NCBI GenBank assembly: GCA_964016885.1
Contig: OZ024740.1
Coordinates: forward strand, 5,022,001 to 5,086,000
Reading direction: 5' to 3'
Source of the DNA: Eledone cirrhosa
Lineage: Eukaryota
Length of the DNA stretch: 64,000 nucleotides
In this document: positions 27,849 to 44,491 of the stretch, piece by piece
How positions within the stretch are numbered: position 1 is the first letter of the stretch
Layout: every line of letters starts with the position of its first letter
Notes under the pieces: model-generated
Databases searched by the model: none
Seen by the model: the letters and a program-made list of their open reading frames with translations, nothing else
Told to the model about the DNA's origin: nothing
Program-made: the position numbers and the translations under genes

Positions 27849-27915
27849 TTTTATTATGCGCATTTCAAAAACAAATATCATCATGCAATAATATTTGTGT
27901 TTTCATCAGATAAAA
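27849..27915 (-). ncRNA. Hammerhead ribozyme in the inverted pLTR
   Basis: Reverse complement of 28036-28102. Confidence 0.7.
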
Positions 27916-28035
27916 CAGGAAGACATGATATGAAGATTAAAAAACACTTGTGGATAGTTCAGTTTTAAATCAACATATGAGAAGTAGTTTTAGATTGATG
28001 TGTGATATTGGGAAAAATATTTTATTATTTTCCTG

Positions 28036-28102
28036 TTTTATCTGATGAAAACACAAATATTATTGCATGATGATATTTGTTTTTGAAATGCGCATAATAA
28101 AA
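28036..28102 (+). ncRNA. Type I hammerhead ribozyme in the 5' pLTR
   Basis: TTTTAT-CTGATGA-long stem II (ACAAATATTAT..ATGATATTTGT)-GAAA-TGCGCA-TA-ATAAAA; AUA site. Confidence 0.75.
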
Positions 28103-28314
28103 TACATGTAACTCTTTTAACCATCTTTTGTTCTTATATATTATGTATACTCCAGTCCTACAAACTGTAGAGTGCTTCTTATCCGATATCTGCATTGCTT
28201 TATTGTACTACAATAAAACTCACTTCCTACATTAACTTGCTCCTTAACGGTTGAGCGCTTACTCTCATATTGGATACCTTTTGATGGTCTTTTACTTCTT
28301 TCTTCTTCTACAAC

Positions 28315-30673
28315 ATGGGTTATTACAACATAACCAATTCAACTAAAGACATTCCTATACCTGGTAAATCTGAATTCACCAAACTTCTAATTGAAAAAAC
28401 TGATTCCTTCGTAAGAAGACTTAGATGGATAGCCTATTTCTATGACCAGCGCCTAAAAGGGAACTTCTATACCAAAGAACATAACTTCCTCGATCATCTA
28501 TTTAATTCTAGAAGAAATCCTCCTTCCAACAAAAATCTAGTGCAATTCGAGGAAGAGTTAACTAAAATTATAAAAAATCTTAAATTCAAGAGATACCCTT
28601 ACAAAGGACAAGAGCACCTTGTAAATCTCAAGAACACAATTTCCAACCTAAATTCCTCAAAAAATGTTTTAGTCCACTCTGACAAAACCAATAACTTATA
28701 TGGTATTTCCAAGGATAATTATAACAACCTTATCCTAAAGGAACTTAGGAAAAAATATCGTAAAACCAACCATGAAAATTTAGAATACATAAACTTTGAA
28801 GCCTCTGAGATTATGTCAAAACTTGGCATTGAAAAAAAGACAGAACCATTCCTCCCAAGAACTCCGAAGATAAATCTCAAGGATCACAAAAACAATTTTC
28901 GCACTGAACTACCTGTTAGATTAATCGCCCCCTCTAAATCAGATCTGGGGGTTGTTAGTAAAGCCATCTTGGATAGAATTATCCCACAGGTTCGTTCTAA
29001 TTGCTCTTCTTTGAATCTAAATTTATGGTTTGGTACTTCTGAAGTGATTAGCTGGTTCAACAAATTGAATAATAAAAACAAACTAAATTTTGTTCAATTT
29101 GATATTGCCAGCTACTATTCTTCCATTTCGCCTTCACTTCTCAATAATGCTCTATCTTTCGCACTTAAATATTCTGACATCACCACAGATGAACTTCACA
29201 TCATTCTCACCATCCTAGAGTTCAACAACGAATATTGGACCAGAGCCGATACCTCTAACAACTTCGACATCACAATGGGAGCATCCGATTCATCCCAATT
29301 GACTGATTTAATTGGTATCTTTATTTTGAACTCTTTGAGTCGGAAAATTCCTCAACTTCGCGGTGGAATTTATCGTGACGATGGACTCTTTACTATCTTA
29401 AATTGCAACATAGTTAACCTTAATATTATTAAGAACAATATACGTAATCTCTTTAACCAACATAACATAAAAATTGAATTTGATAACAGCATCAAACTAG
29501 CTAATTTCTTGGATGTATCTCTTAATCTTGACACTGGCCTATATTACCCTTACCATAAAAACAATGAGAACCTAAATTATGTTAACTTTAAATCTAGCCA
29601 TCCTACTAATATCAAGAATGCTATAGTTAGTAATATTGGAAAAAGAATATCTAACCTATCTTCTAATAAAAACATCTTTGATGCTAACGCCAATTACTAT
29701 AATAACGCGCTTTCTAAAGCCGGCTATCCTGATAAAATCAAATATAGTAAAGAAACAAATTCTAGAAGAAATTACAGTCGAATAATTAATCTTGATCATT
29801 CCAATAACTTTAATAAAAGACCTAGATACAAAAACATAATCTGGTATAATGCTCCTTTCTCCATCTCTATTAATAACAATATTCCTAAATTATTCTTTAA
29901 TGCCTTAAATAATTGCTTCCCTCCCTCACATATCTATAGTAAAATATTTAACAAACACACTATAAAATTTTCCTATTCTACATCCTCCAACATTTCCAAC
30001 ATTATCTCTAAACACAACAATAAAATACTAAATACTAAATCTCTTCCTTCCAACACTGAATATCATAATAATAGTACTCCCGACGTCATTGTAAACCTTA
30101 GGCTAATTTCTACAAACCCAAATACAACGTCAAACACAACTTCGCTAGATGTTCTTAATCCCATTCTAAATCAAGAAACTATTATTCCTATTGCAAATAA
30201 CTTCTCCAATCCAATTCCTTCTATAGATAACACTAGGTCACTCATTAATAATCTCTCTAATTGCAATTGCAATTGCCCTATTAAAAATAAATGTCCTCTC
30301 AACAACCATTGTCTTGATAAAAACTTAATTTACGAATGTAAAGTTATAACTGACACCGATTCCTTCACCTATTTTGGCTCCACTTCCACCTCTTTTAAAG
30401 CTCGTCTTTATAACCATCATTCGTCTTTTAAATACAAACTTAAAAGAACCAACACGGCTCTCTCAGAACTCATATGGTCCTTGAAAGACAAAAAATATTA
30501 AATATAGCATCTTTTGGAAGAAGGTTTCTTCTGCGTCTCCATACTTGAACAGTTCTCTATCCAAAATTTGCAATCTCTGTCTAAATGAAAAAATTGCCAT
30601 TATTTCTAATCTAGATTCTATAATAAATAGACGCACTGACTTGTTTTCTATCTGCTTGCATAAATTCCATTAA
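28315..30673 (+). CDS. PLE polyprotein RT + GIY-YIG (728-aa ORF; one +1 frameshift at an A-run near 30490 restores the C-terminus)
   Basis: KDIPIP..RRLRWIAYF N-terminus, SDKTNN, VQFDIASYYSSI, MGA, YRDDGL, FLDV, CNC..CPL..C, LIY..YFGST; shifted frame continues NIKYSIFWKK...CNLCLNEK...INRRTDLFSICLHKFH*. Confidence 0.9.
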
Positions 30674-31369
30674 ACATTTCACAAAGTATACAGCTAATAT
30701 TCAATTCTTTATCAATTTAGAATCTTTTTCTCAAAGGCATATATATATATATACACTTCTTTTAAAAATATACCCATGTCTAACTCCTAATCTGTACCTT
30801 TTCTCACTCTTGCCTAACATAGAATCAATTATTACATAATACAATACATTCTTACTCTATATCACCTTGTAAAAATCCTTCGTAAACATATACATTTTTT
30901 GACGTTAGATTATTCATCCTCAATTCATTATTCTTTTCTCCCCTTCATCTAACTCATTATTCTCAATACATATTAACATTTTCTTTTTCTTCGCACATAT
31001 TATCAAACCCCTCAATATACAAACCTTAACTTTACATTATTTTTCTCTTCGTTAATTTTCAAATTCTTTTAATTTATACATTATCTTCCAACGGTTTTCA
31101 ACCTCTCTATGTAAAACAATATATCTTTCTCAGCTATAAAAGCTATCTCTCTCTCTCTATCACCCATCTCTCCTCCTATCTCATCCTTCCTCCTTATACT
31201 CCTCCCTCTCCATCTTTTACTCTCATCTCCTCCTCTTTTTTTTCACCCCCCCCCTCTAAATAAAATATTTTTCCCAATATCACACATCAATCTAAAACTA
31301 CTTCTCATATGTTGATTTAAAACTGAACTATCCACAAGTGTTTTTTAATCTCCATATCATGTCTTCCTG

Positions 31370-31436
31370 TTTTATCTGATGAAAACACAAATATTATTGC
31401 ATGATGATATTTGTTTTTGAAATGCGCATAATAAAA
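31370..31436 (+). ncRNA. Hammerhead ribozyme in the 3' pLTR
   Basis: Same as 28036-28102. Confidence 0.75.
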
Positions 31437-32616
31437 TACACGGAACTCTTTTAACCATCTTTTGTTCTTATATATTATATATATATATATATGTATTGAA
31501 GTTTCCATTGAAAATTGAAAAGGTCATAGGAGTGAAGAGTGCTCTATGTAAGTACCAGAGCTAAATTTAATTTATAATAGACACTACAATATAATTACCT
31601 CATTACCAGAGGTTTCCCGAATAAGACGAATACAAAAAAAACCATCGGACAAGGCAATTTAAAACAGTGAAATATTTGAAAGATCTCCTCAAGAAAGGCA
31701 AAAGTTTAACGGGCAAAAAATATATATAAATAAAAGTAATGCAAGAGATATATAAAAAAAATAAGGAAATATAGTTAGGGTATGTGTATAAATGTGTGTA
31801 TATTCACTCACAAATGTACATATGTGTGTATGTACAAATGCATGTGTATAGTGAAAAAATGTGTGCGTAAGTACATATATGAGGTCAGGCATATCAGTGT
31901 ATGTGTGGCCACAAATACGTATATAATATATGTTGAAAAAGAAATTGTAAGATAATATAGTTAATATACATCCAGATTCAGGTATTAAGGAATGAAATAT
32001 ATACACATACAAGTATGAAAGCACGCGTATAAACACACACACACGCCCGACCACATACATGCGAGTGATATACAGGGAAGGGAGTGTATTAGTCAAAGCA
32101 GTGTGAGTCTGAGGCTCGATACATGTATAAAAATGAAACAATATATAAGAATGAAACATTTTTTAAATCATAGAGAAAGTAAGAGGGAGGGGTTATCAAT
32201 TATAAATTAGCACTAGAAAAAAAATATATATATATATTGTATTTTTTGTTCTTATTTATTTATTTAGTTATTCCTAACTACTGCCCGTATCTGTGTGTAC
32301 ATTTTTGAGTGCATATATATCTGTGTATATGAATGTGTATGTATTTATGTACATATCTGTGTATATGTATGTGTATGTATTTATGTTCCTGTCCTGACGA
32401 AAATATCCTTGTGAGAAAGTATAAGTCTACGTACTTTTTAGTATATGCGCGTAGTTGAGTGTGTGCATGTTTACGTTCTGGATATTTATATTTTTATTTA
32501 TATATATATATTTTTTTCCCCTATTTCCTTTTCGCCCATTTTTTTCAGCCTCACTTTCATATTTCCTAAATTTTGTTTTCAAATCCATATTTAATAAATA
32601 CACCATGTTTTTTTAT

Positions 32617-32671
32617 TCATTCTGACGACTGAAGACAGACACATCTGTCTTCAAGAAACCACTTGTAAATT
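32617..32671 (+). ncRNA. Hammerhead motif at an orphan PLE-type tail
   Basis: CTGACGA-C-TGAAGACAGA(CACA)TCTGTCTTCA-A-GAAA-CCACTTG-TA; stem I weak. Confidence 0.55.
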
Positions 32672-32728
32672 ATTTTATATTGTTTATTACATAACTATAT
32701 ATACATATATACATATATACCAAAATAC

Positions 32729-33049
32729 TTAATGAAAGAGTTACAAGCCGTTAAAACACACCTTGTATAAAGTTACACGTGTTTCGGCCAATGGGGCTCA
32801 TCTGAGACAGATATTACAAGCAAAGTTTTTAATTACTGACCCTAAAAGGGTTAAATAAAAGTTTTACAAAGGAGTGTAGTTTGCCAAACTACACTCCTTT
32901 TCACCGCGTTTACACTTTTAACATTTAAATTTACTATGCAAGATGATGTAAAACTTTTATTTAATCCTTTTAGGGTCTGTAAATTAAAGACTTTGCTTGT
33001 AATATCTTTAAAAAGATATGTTTTAACGGCTTGTAACTCTTTCATTAAT
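32729..33049. repeat. Imperfect foldback inverted repeat
   Basis: TTAATGAAAGAGTTACAAGCCGTTAAAACA...GTTTTACA mirrored by TGTAAAAC...TGTTTTAACGGCTTGTAACTCTTTCATTAA. Confidence 0.75.
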
Positions 33050-33242
33050 TATTTTGCTATTCACCGCACTGCTCAACCTTACACTAAATATTATCCTTCT
33101 CTAATATTTAACCCTGTTAACCCAAGCATCGAGCACTTACGCATCCACTTTTGGCATGAAATATTCTGTATCGCACCTCTTTATACCTCTTCTTTCTATC
33201 CTCTTTTACGATACTGTAACCTATTATACACACACACACACG

Positions 33243-35452
<2,210 letters not shown>

Positions 35453-35480
35453 CATATATATATACATATATATACATATA

Positions 35481-36060
<580 letters not shown>

Positions 36061-36620
36061 CATATATACTTATATACATATATAAGTATATATATGGTAT
36101 AACAAGTTCTCGTTATAGGTAATCCAGTTAGAGGTTGTGAGTACTCCGTACTATGGATAGTTTTGACGTACGGCGTTGTTTGACTCAACAAGAGGTTTCC
36201 GTAGTTAGGTGACGAGTTTGCGAGAATTCCCATGCAGGTCATTCTTGGAGTAATAGTAGTGAAAGAGGGAGGAATAACATGGTCGGCTGTACAAAAAGGG
36301 TTTTATTTACAGTATTAACAATTGTTTCATTGATCAGGTGAGACTAGAGGCCGCTAATCACTTGAAATTGCGTCACTCGACCTTAAATACAGTGTGTTCC
36401 TCTGATCAATTTATCGGAATACTGGGGGGTGTAACACATGGCACTGGTATTTATAGATACATCGGAGAATCAAGTGAATGAAAACAATAACACCAACAAT
36501 AAAAGATAATAAACAATAATAAAAGTATAAAGAAGTAAAAATGAAAATGATAAAGATGTAAAAAATAAGTACAAAATACAGTTGCTGATAATAGTAGTAG
36601 TGGTGGTGGTAGTTGAAGTT

Positions 36621-36810
36621 ATAATTGTTTCTACTTTAGGCACAGGGCCAGCAATTACCCAGTGCATTACTGGTACTTTATTTTATCGACCCCGTAAGGA
36701 TGAAAGGCAAAGTCAACCTCGGCAGGATTTGAACTCAGATCGTAAAGGGACGTAACTATGCTGGAAAGCATGGCGTCCGACCCTCTACCGATACTGCCAA
36801 TCCACCGCCC
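36621..36810 (-). mobile_element. SINE family A, full length
   Basis: A and B boxes; flanked by direct repeat GTAGTTGAAGTTATAAT (candidate TSD). Confidence 0.9.
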
Positions 36811-37425
36811 GTAGTTGAAGTTATAATGGTGAGTAAATAGATTGACAGTAATGATAGCAATAACTTGAAAAGAAATACGAAATATATATGTGGTATATAG
36901 AGTTTATAAATTGGCGAAATAAAAATGCAAGAGGTACAATAAAATATCAGAGGATTAAATAAAAAATAAAAAGTAAGAGAGAACGAGATAAGGAACAGGA
37001 GACAGAGAATAAGAATAAGGAATCGAGGATGAGAAATAAAGAGGACTAAGGACGGGGAAGGAGTAAATAGACAGATAGAGAATAAAAAGTGAAAGGGACA
37101 GTGATGATATATGGGTGATTAAGGTCTGGTAGACCAATTGTTTTATCTTAATGGAGGTGATGTGGCTATAGAGAGAAAGTGTGAAAGAAAGGTTGGGTGA
37201 TTCATGATGTTGATTTGTTGATTTAATGATCAGTTGACAGCTAATAACAGTGGAGTAGTGTGGAATAGTACATTTAAATCCGGGTGGTTTTGACTGAATT
37301 CCGAGATTTCTGGATCGAATCATGCCGGTTTGTGGTTTGAAGCTAGAGAACTTCGTGGCGGCGTTATTCTTCACTCTTTCACTGCATATATATCATCATC
37401 ACCGTTTTACGTCCGTTCTTCCATG

Positions 37426-37490
<65 letters not shown>

Positions 37491-37827
37491 TACAGTTAGT
37501 AGGCACCTCTTAACCCAATATAAACCTCACCCCACAACCCTACTTCATCCTCCCACTTCCGTCCACTATAAAGTGGTTGTGTAGGTGACATGCAAAAAGC
37601 ACCCAGTTCACACTGTAAATGTGGTTGGTGTTAGGGAGGGCATCCAGCCATAGAAAACATGCCAGAAATAGTTCTATACGAGTGAGACATGGTCACCTGA
37701 CTAATTTGCCTCAAGTAACCCCAAGGAACTTCCAAAGATCTACATGTTAAGAAGCCAGTTAAAGGTATGAGCTGTAAATTTCCATATTTAAACATTTCAG
37801 ATCAGATACGACTGTCATACAAAAAAT

Positions 37828-38022
37828 AATGATTTCTACTATAGACACAATGCCAGCAATTTGGGGGAGGGGAAAGTCGATTAAATCAACCCCAGTGCGT
37901 GACTGGCACTTTATTTTATTGACCCCGTAAGGATGAAAGGCAAAGTTAACCTCAGCAGGATTTGAACTCAGATTATAAAGGACCGTAACTCTATGCTGCG
38001 AAGGGTGGCGTCCGACCCGCTA
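37828..38022 (-). mobile_element. SINE family A
   Basis: Body and B box homologous to other copies. Confidence 0.75.
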
Positions 38023-38162
38023 CTGTATGAAATAGTTTTAGAGACACTATCTCCGAAATAAGGGTTGGTGACAGCTGGATCACCTTAATCTGTTGTGTTA
38101 CAGCATCCCTAGGGCTAAACAGCAACACAACCACCACCACATACAACAACACCACCAACAGC

Positions 38163-38784
38163 CACGATGAAATGCACCCAGTACACTCTGTAAAGTAATG
38201 GTGTTGGTTTCACGATAAAATGCACCCAGTACACTCTGTAAAGTAATAGTTTGGTTCCACGATAAAATGCACCCAGTACACTCTGTAAAGTAATGGTGTT
38301 GGTGCCACGATAAAATGCACCCAGTACACTCTGTAAAGTAATAGTATTAGTAACACAATAAGATGCACCCAGTACACTCTGAAGTAATAGTGTTAGTAAC
38401 ACAATAAAATGCACCCAGTGCACTCTGAAGTAATCGTGTTAGTAACACAATAAGATGCACCCAGTACACTCTGAAGTAATAGTGTTAGTAACACAATAAG
38501 ATGCATCCAGTACACTCTGAAGTAATAGTGTTGGTAACACAATAAGATGCACCCAGTACACTCTGAAGTAATAGTGTTAGTAACACAATAAAATGCACCC
38601 AGTAGACTCTGAAGTAATAGTGTTAGTAAAACAATAAAATGCACCCAGTACACTCTGAAGTAATAGTGTTAGTAACACAATAAGATACACCCAGTACACT
38701 CTGAAGTAATAGTGTTAGTAACACAATAAGATGCACCCAGTACACTCTGAAGTAATAGTGTTAGTAACACAATAAGATGCACCC
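38163..38784. repeat. 46-48-bp minisatellite (~13 units)
   Basis: Unit ACACAATAAGATGCACCCAGTACACTCTGAAGTAATAGTGTTAGTA; first units resemble the SINE/RTE motif GCACCCAG..CACACTGTAAA at 37599 and 58391. Confidence 0.9.
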
Positions 38785-38964
38785 ATATATATTATAATAA
38801 CAACATTATCAAAAGCAGTGAAGTATGTTGAAATAGCAGCCAAATTAAATGACACTAGAGTCTGAAAGGCAGCAAACTGAGCAATACTGGCTTAGAAACA
38901 GTGAATATAAGTCAGGATGGTCACATCTGGAACACCTTTTATTATAGGTTCCACTGGAACTAAA

Positions 38965-39921
38965 CAACCACAACATCAACCACAACACCACCACCACCAT
39001 ATCAACCACAACATCAACCACAACATCAACAACCACCGCAACCACTATATCAACAACTACAACCACAACCACCACCACATCAACCACCACAACCACCACA
39101 ACCACTATATCAACAACTACAACCACAACCACCACCACATCAACCACCACCACAACCACCACCACATCAACCACCACCACAACCACCACAACTACAACCA
39201 CAACCGCCACCACAATCACCCCCCACAACCACACCACCACCACCACAACCACCACCACGACCACAACCACCACAACCACGACCACAACCACCACAACCAT
39301 CTCCACATCAACCACCACCACCACCACAACTACAACCACAACCACCACCACATCAACCACCACAACCACCACCACAACGACCACAACTACAACCACAACC
39401 GCCACCACAACCACCACCACATCAACCATCACAACCACCACCACAACCACCACAACTACAACCACAACCGCAACCACAACCACCACCACAACAACCACCA
39501 CAACCACAACTACTACCACCACCACCACAACCACCACCACATCAACCACCACCACAACCACCAACACAACCACCACAACTACAACCACAACCACAACCAC
39601 AACCACCACCACCACAACTACTACCACCACCACCACAACCACCACCACAACCAACACCACCACAACCACCACCACTGCCACAACTACCACCACATCAACC
39701 ACCACTACCACCACCACAACCACCACCACCACAACCACCACCACTGCCACAACTACCACCACATCAACCACCACCACCACCACAACCACCACCACAACCA
39801 CCACCACAACCACCACCACCACCACCACAACCACCACCACTGCCACAACTACCACCACATCAACCACCACCACCACTACAACCTACACCACAACCACCAC
39901 CACAGCTACCACCACATCACC
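38965..39921. repeat. (CAC/AAC)n trinucleotide low-complexity tract
   Basis: In-phase CAC/AAC/TAC triplets for ~950 bp. Confidence 0.9.
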
Positions 39922-40397
39922 AATCAATCTTTGAAATATACAGGTAGTTTATATAAGAGAGAAGTAGTTTATAGGATCTGAGTGAAAGCCTCTCCTTCAC
40001 AGTCTAAACATGCAATAGCTGCTGCTATGGTGATGATAAAAATATGTTAAACAAATGATGACTTCACACACAAATCCACAGAAAGACAGTTTTTTTTTGT
40101 TTTTTGGTAGTTTAATGAAATTAACCAGATAGAAATAGAAACGAGAAAATGATTCTATATTAACAGGATTTCACATCTATTGTATTGAGTAAAAGAATGG
40201 AATTCTATGCCAAAATGTTAGCACAACAAAATCTATTGTTACGGCTCATTATGAAAACATTACTGTGTTTCTGTGAAGAATTTATAAAGTCCTTCTCTAC
40301 CAAACTACCATTGTAAATAGTCTGAATATATTGAAAGTTCAAGCTAGAACAGATAACATTTATAGAATATCTTCTTCATTGTCAATATATTCTTTAG

Positions 40398-40480
<83 letters not shown>

Positions 40481-40524
40481 GGTTAGTGGTTAATTCAATT
40501 GGGAACTGTGATAATTGATGAAGG

Positions 40525-41956
40525 TGTTGGTCTATATAATGGTGTTACATGGCAGTGTTGGTCTATATAGTGTTACATGGCAGTGTTGGTCTATATGGTG
40601 TTACATGGCAGTGTTGGTCTATACGATGGTGTTACATGGCAATGTTGGTCTATATAATGGTGTTACATGGCAGTGTTGGTCTATATAGTGTTACATGGCA
40701 GTGTTGGTCTATATGGTGTTACGTGGCAGTGTTGGTCTATATGGTATTACATGACAGTGTTGGTCTATATGGTGTTACATGGCAGTGTTGGTCTATATGG
40801 TGTTACATGACAGTGTTAGTCTATATGGTGTTACATGACAGTGTTGGTCTATATAATGGTGTTACATGGCAGTGTTGGTCTATATAGTGTTACATGGCAG
40901 TGTTGGTCTATATGATGTTACATGACAGTGTTAGTCTATATGGTGTTACATGGCAGTGTCGGTCTATATGGTGTTACACGACAGTGTTGGTCTATATGGT
41001 GTTACATGGCAGTGTTGGTCTATACGATGGTATTACATTGCAGTGTTGGTCTATATGGTGTTACATGACGGTGTTGATCTATATGGTGTTACATGGCAGT
41101 GTTGGTCTATATGGTGTTACATGGCAGTGTTGGTCTATATGGTGTTACATGGCAGTGTTGGTCTATATGGTGTTACATGGCAGTGTTGGTCTATATGGTG
41201 TTACATGACAGTGTTGGTCTCTATGGTGTTACATGACAGTGTTGGTCTCTATGGTGTTACATGACAGTGTTGGTCTATATGGTGTTACATGGCAGTGTTG
41301 GTCTATTTAGTGTTACATGACAGTGTTGGTCTATATGGTGTTACATGGCAGTGTTGGTCTATACGATGGTGTTACATGGCAGTGTTGGTCTATATGGTGT
41401 TACATGGTAGTGTTGGTCTATATGGTGTTACATGACAGTGTTGGTCTATATGGTGTTACATGGCAGTGTTGGTCTATATGGTGTTACATGGTAGTGTTGG
41501 TCTATATGGTGTTACATGACAGTGTTGGTCTATATGGTGTTACATGGCAGTGTTGGTCTATATGGTGTTACATGACAGTGTTGGTCTATATGGTGTTACA
41601 TGGCAGTGTTGGTCTATATGCTGTTACATGACAGTGTTGGTCTATATGGTGTTACAGGACAGTGTTGGTCTATATGGTGTTACAAGGCAGTGTTGGTCTG
41701 TATGGTGTTACAAGGCAGTGTTGGTCTATACGATGGTGTTACATGACAGTGTTGATCTATATGGTGTTACATGACAATGTTGGTCTATATGGTGTTACAT
41801 GACAGTGTTGGTCTATACGATGGTGTTACATGACAGTGTTGGTCTAAATAGTGTTACATGGCAGTGTTGGTCTATATGGTGTTACATGGCAGTGTTGGTC
41901 TATATGGTGTTACATGGCAGTGTTGGTCTATATGGTGTTACATGACAGTGTTGGTG
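40525..41956. repeat. 28-bp minisatellite (~50 units)
   Basis: Unit GTGTTGGTCTATATGGTGTTACATG(G/A)CA with occasional slightly longer variants. Confidence 0.95.
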
Positions 41957-43210
41957 GGTACTTCCTTCTGCACCAGCTATCACTCTTCTTCCAATTATGT
42001 CTTAACAATGGTGTTACTACGGAGCAGTGGAAAACTGCCAGTGTCATTCCTCTGTTCAAAAAGGGTGACCGCACATCACCTGTGAACTACCGTCCAGTCA
42101 GTCTTACTAGTTGCATTGCCAAACTGATGGAATCCTGCGTCAGAGAAACACTTTGGAACTTCTGGAACTCTCACAGTCTTATCCGGCTCTCGCAATTTGG
42201 ATTTATCCCCAACTCCAGCTGCCGTGATCAACTTATCGAGTTCCTTGAAGACACCACCCGGATCACTGATGACGGCTCATGGGTGGATGTTGTTTACTTT
42301 GACTTTGCTAAAGCTTTTAATTCTGTGCCACACAAGAGACTTATGACAAAACTCTCTGCAATGGGTGTGAAGGATGATCTTTTTAACTGGTTGAAGTCCT
42401 TCATTCTCAGTCAAAGAGAGGTAGTCACGGTTCTAGGACAGCATTCCTCACCATATGAGATGTCATCTGGTGTACCACAGGGATCTGTTCTTGGTCCCCT
42501 TTTGTTTGTGGCATATATTAATGACATAGATACCAACTTAAAGAATGCCACAGTACTGAAATACGCAGATGACATCAAGCTGTACCTTGAGATAAAAAGG
42601 ACAGATCCTGAATACTATAGATCTTTCCTGTAATCAGACCTGGACACAATGCAACAATGGATCACAGACTGGCAACTCAAGCTAGCTGTGGACAAGTGCA
42701 CCACCATGCATTTTGGGAGTAAAAACCCAGCGTCCACGTATTCCCTCCACGACACTAATATCAAGAAGTCTTGTGAACGTGACCAAGGCATTACTATCAG
42801 CAGCGATTTGTGTTGGATGAAGCACGTCTCTAAAATTGTCAAGAGGGCCGAGGGTGTCTTAGCATCGCTCAGCAAGACCTTTGTCAGCCGCTCTCCAGCT
42901 ATCTATTTAAAGCAGTATGTAGCTATGGTGTGGCCACACTTAGAATTTGCATCACCAGTCTGGAACCACTATCTTTCTCAGGATATTGACCTCCTGGAAA
43001 CTGTTCAGACGTGCAGCCAAGCGAATACCCTCCATCAGGCATCTACCATACTCTGAACGCCTTGCTTCCCTGGGCATGGATACATTGAAGCTTCGACGCC
43101 TGGCAACTGACTTGGTAAACACCCACAACATTATAAGCCATCTTGCCAACAACAACCTGCGCACCTTTTTCATTTCCATGTGTCTAACACACATGGGTAT
43201 GCCTACAAAA
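41957..43210 (+). pseudogene. CR1-clade LINE ORF2 RT fragment
   Basis: PLFKKGD..NYRPVSLTS, QFGF, DFAKAFNSVPH, GVPQGSVLGPLLF, YADDIKL, LEFASPVWN; stop and frameshifts. Confidence 0.9.
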
Positions 43211-43308
43211 CAGGGTCGATAAAATAAAGTACCAGTAATGCACTGGATTTAATCGATTTTCCCCTCCCTCAAAATTACTGGCCTTGTGCCTATACAAGAA
43301 ACCATTAT
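43211..43308 (+). mobile_element. SINE family A 3' half fused to the CR1 break
   Basis: CAGGGTCGATAAAATAAAGTACCAG...GGCCTTGTGCC. Confidence 0.7.
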
Positions 43309-43442
43309 TATATAGACTTATCTATGTAATTAAATATACGCATATATGTATATATGTAAGTATGTATTTATCTATGCATGCATGTGTGTATAGTATGCAT
43401 GTATATTTGTAAGAATGTATATATGTGTATGTATATATATAG

Positions 43443-43521
<79 letters not shown>

Positions 43522-43679
43522 TAACGAAGGAAATGTGGTAAGGAACCAGGTGGACCATAACGCATATATGGAATTACCCCTTGAGAAGATCGGCTATTTA
43601 AATACCAGGATAAATTTTCATTTAGTCCAGAATTAGCCGTCGAAACGGCTTGAGCTCAGCTGTCGGGGTCTTACTAGTT

Positions 43680-43730
<51 letters not shown>

Positions 43731-43745
43731 ATATATATATACCTA

Positions 43746-43777
<32 letters not shown>

Positions 43778-43803
43778 GGTATATATATAGGTATATATAT
43801 AGG

Positions 43804-43840
<37 letters not shown>

Positions 43841-44490
43841 CATCATCATCATCATCGTTTAACGTCTATCTTCCACGCTTTCATGGGTTTGGACGGGAGT
43901 TTTCCCACTTGAGGCAAGAGTGGTTGTCTTGCTCGCATAGGACTGTCTGGCGGGTTTTCTACGGCTGGATCCCTTCCTAACACCAACCACATTTACAGTG
44001 TGGACTGGAAGGTTTTTACCGTGTTATCTACACGGCCACATTACAGCGTGGACTGTGTGTTTTTTTTGTCGTGACACCTACACGACCTCATTTATTTCGG
44101 ACTGGATGTTGTGGTACCAACATAGCTTTACATCGAAAGGGGTGGTGTGGATGGGGTGGCGGTAGTGGGACGGGGTGTGTATTTTGTTAGAGGTGCCTAC
44201 TGACTGTAGGTTTCGCTTTGTACTTAGGCAAGGCGGGTCTTCTCTATTACTGTGTAGCGCCAAAGATCTCGGTCCAGTGACATTGTCTTGGAGAGGTGTA
44301 AGTGTGTGAGGTGGGAATTTATCAAGTCGTCCCAGGTTTTTCTGGGTCTGCCTACTCCGTGGCTACCGTCTATTTTTATCGCCCTGCACATGTTTATACA
44401 GTTGTCGTCTTTCATGCGTATCGCGTGACCATACCAACGTAGTTTTCTCTCGAGTAAACAACATCTGATCCCTCTTATTCCTAATTTCTA
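43841..44490 (-). mobile_element. RTE LINE 3' fragment with (TGA)n tail
   Basis: GRPRKTWDD...DRDLWR; 3' region contains TTAGGAAGGGATCCAGCCGTAG; ends GACGTTAAACGATGATG. Confidence 0.75.
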
Positions 44491-44491
44491 C

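Larger units (their letters stand above)
27718..31475 (+). mobile_element. Near full-length Penelope-like element (Hydra-like): inverted pLTR + direct pLTR + ORF + 3' pLTR
   Basis: 27718-28027 inverted terminal copy; 28030-28141 matches 31364-31475; flanked by (TA)n on both sides. Confidence 0.9.

Noticed and set aside
38890-38962. Possible exon VPVEPIIKGVPDV on the minus strand
   Set aside because: Stop after ~22 codons; no supporting exons
38845-39981. Poly-His/Asn (+) and poly-Val (-) ORFs
   Set aside because: Stop-free trinucleotide tract; no domain or splice support
41851-41956. N-terminal extension of the 260-aa RT ORF
   Set aside because: Read-through from the 28-bp satellite
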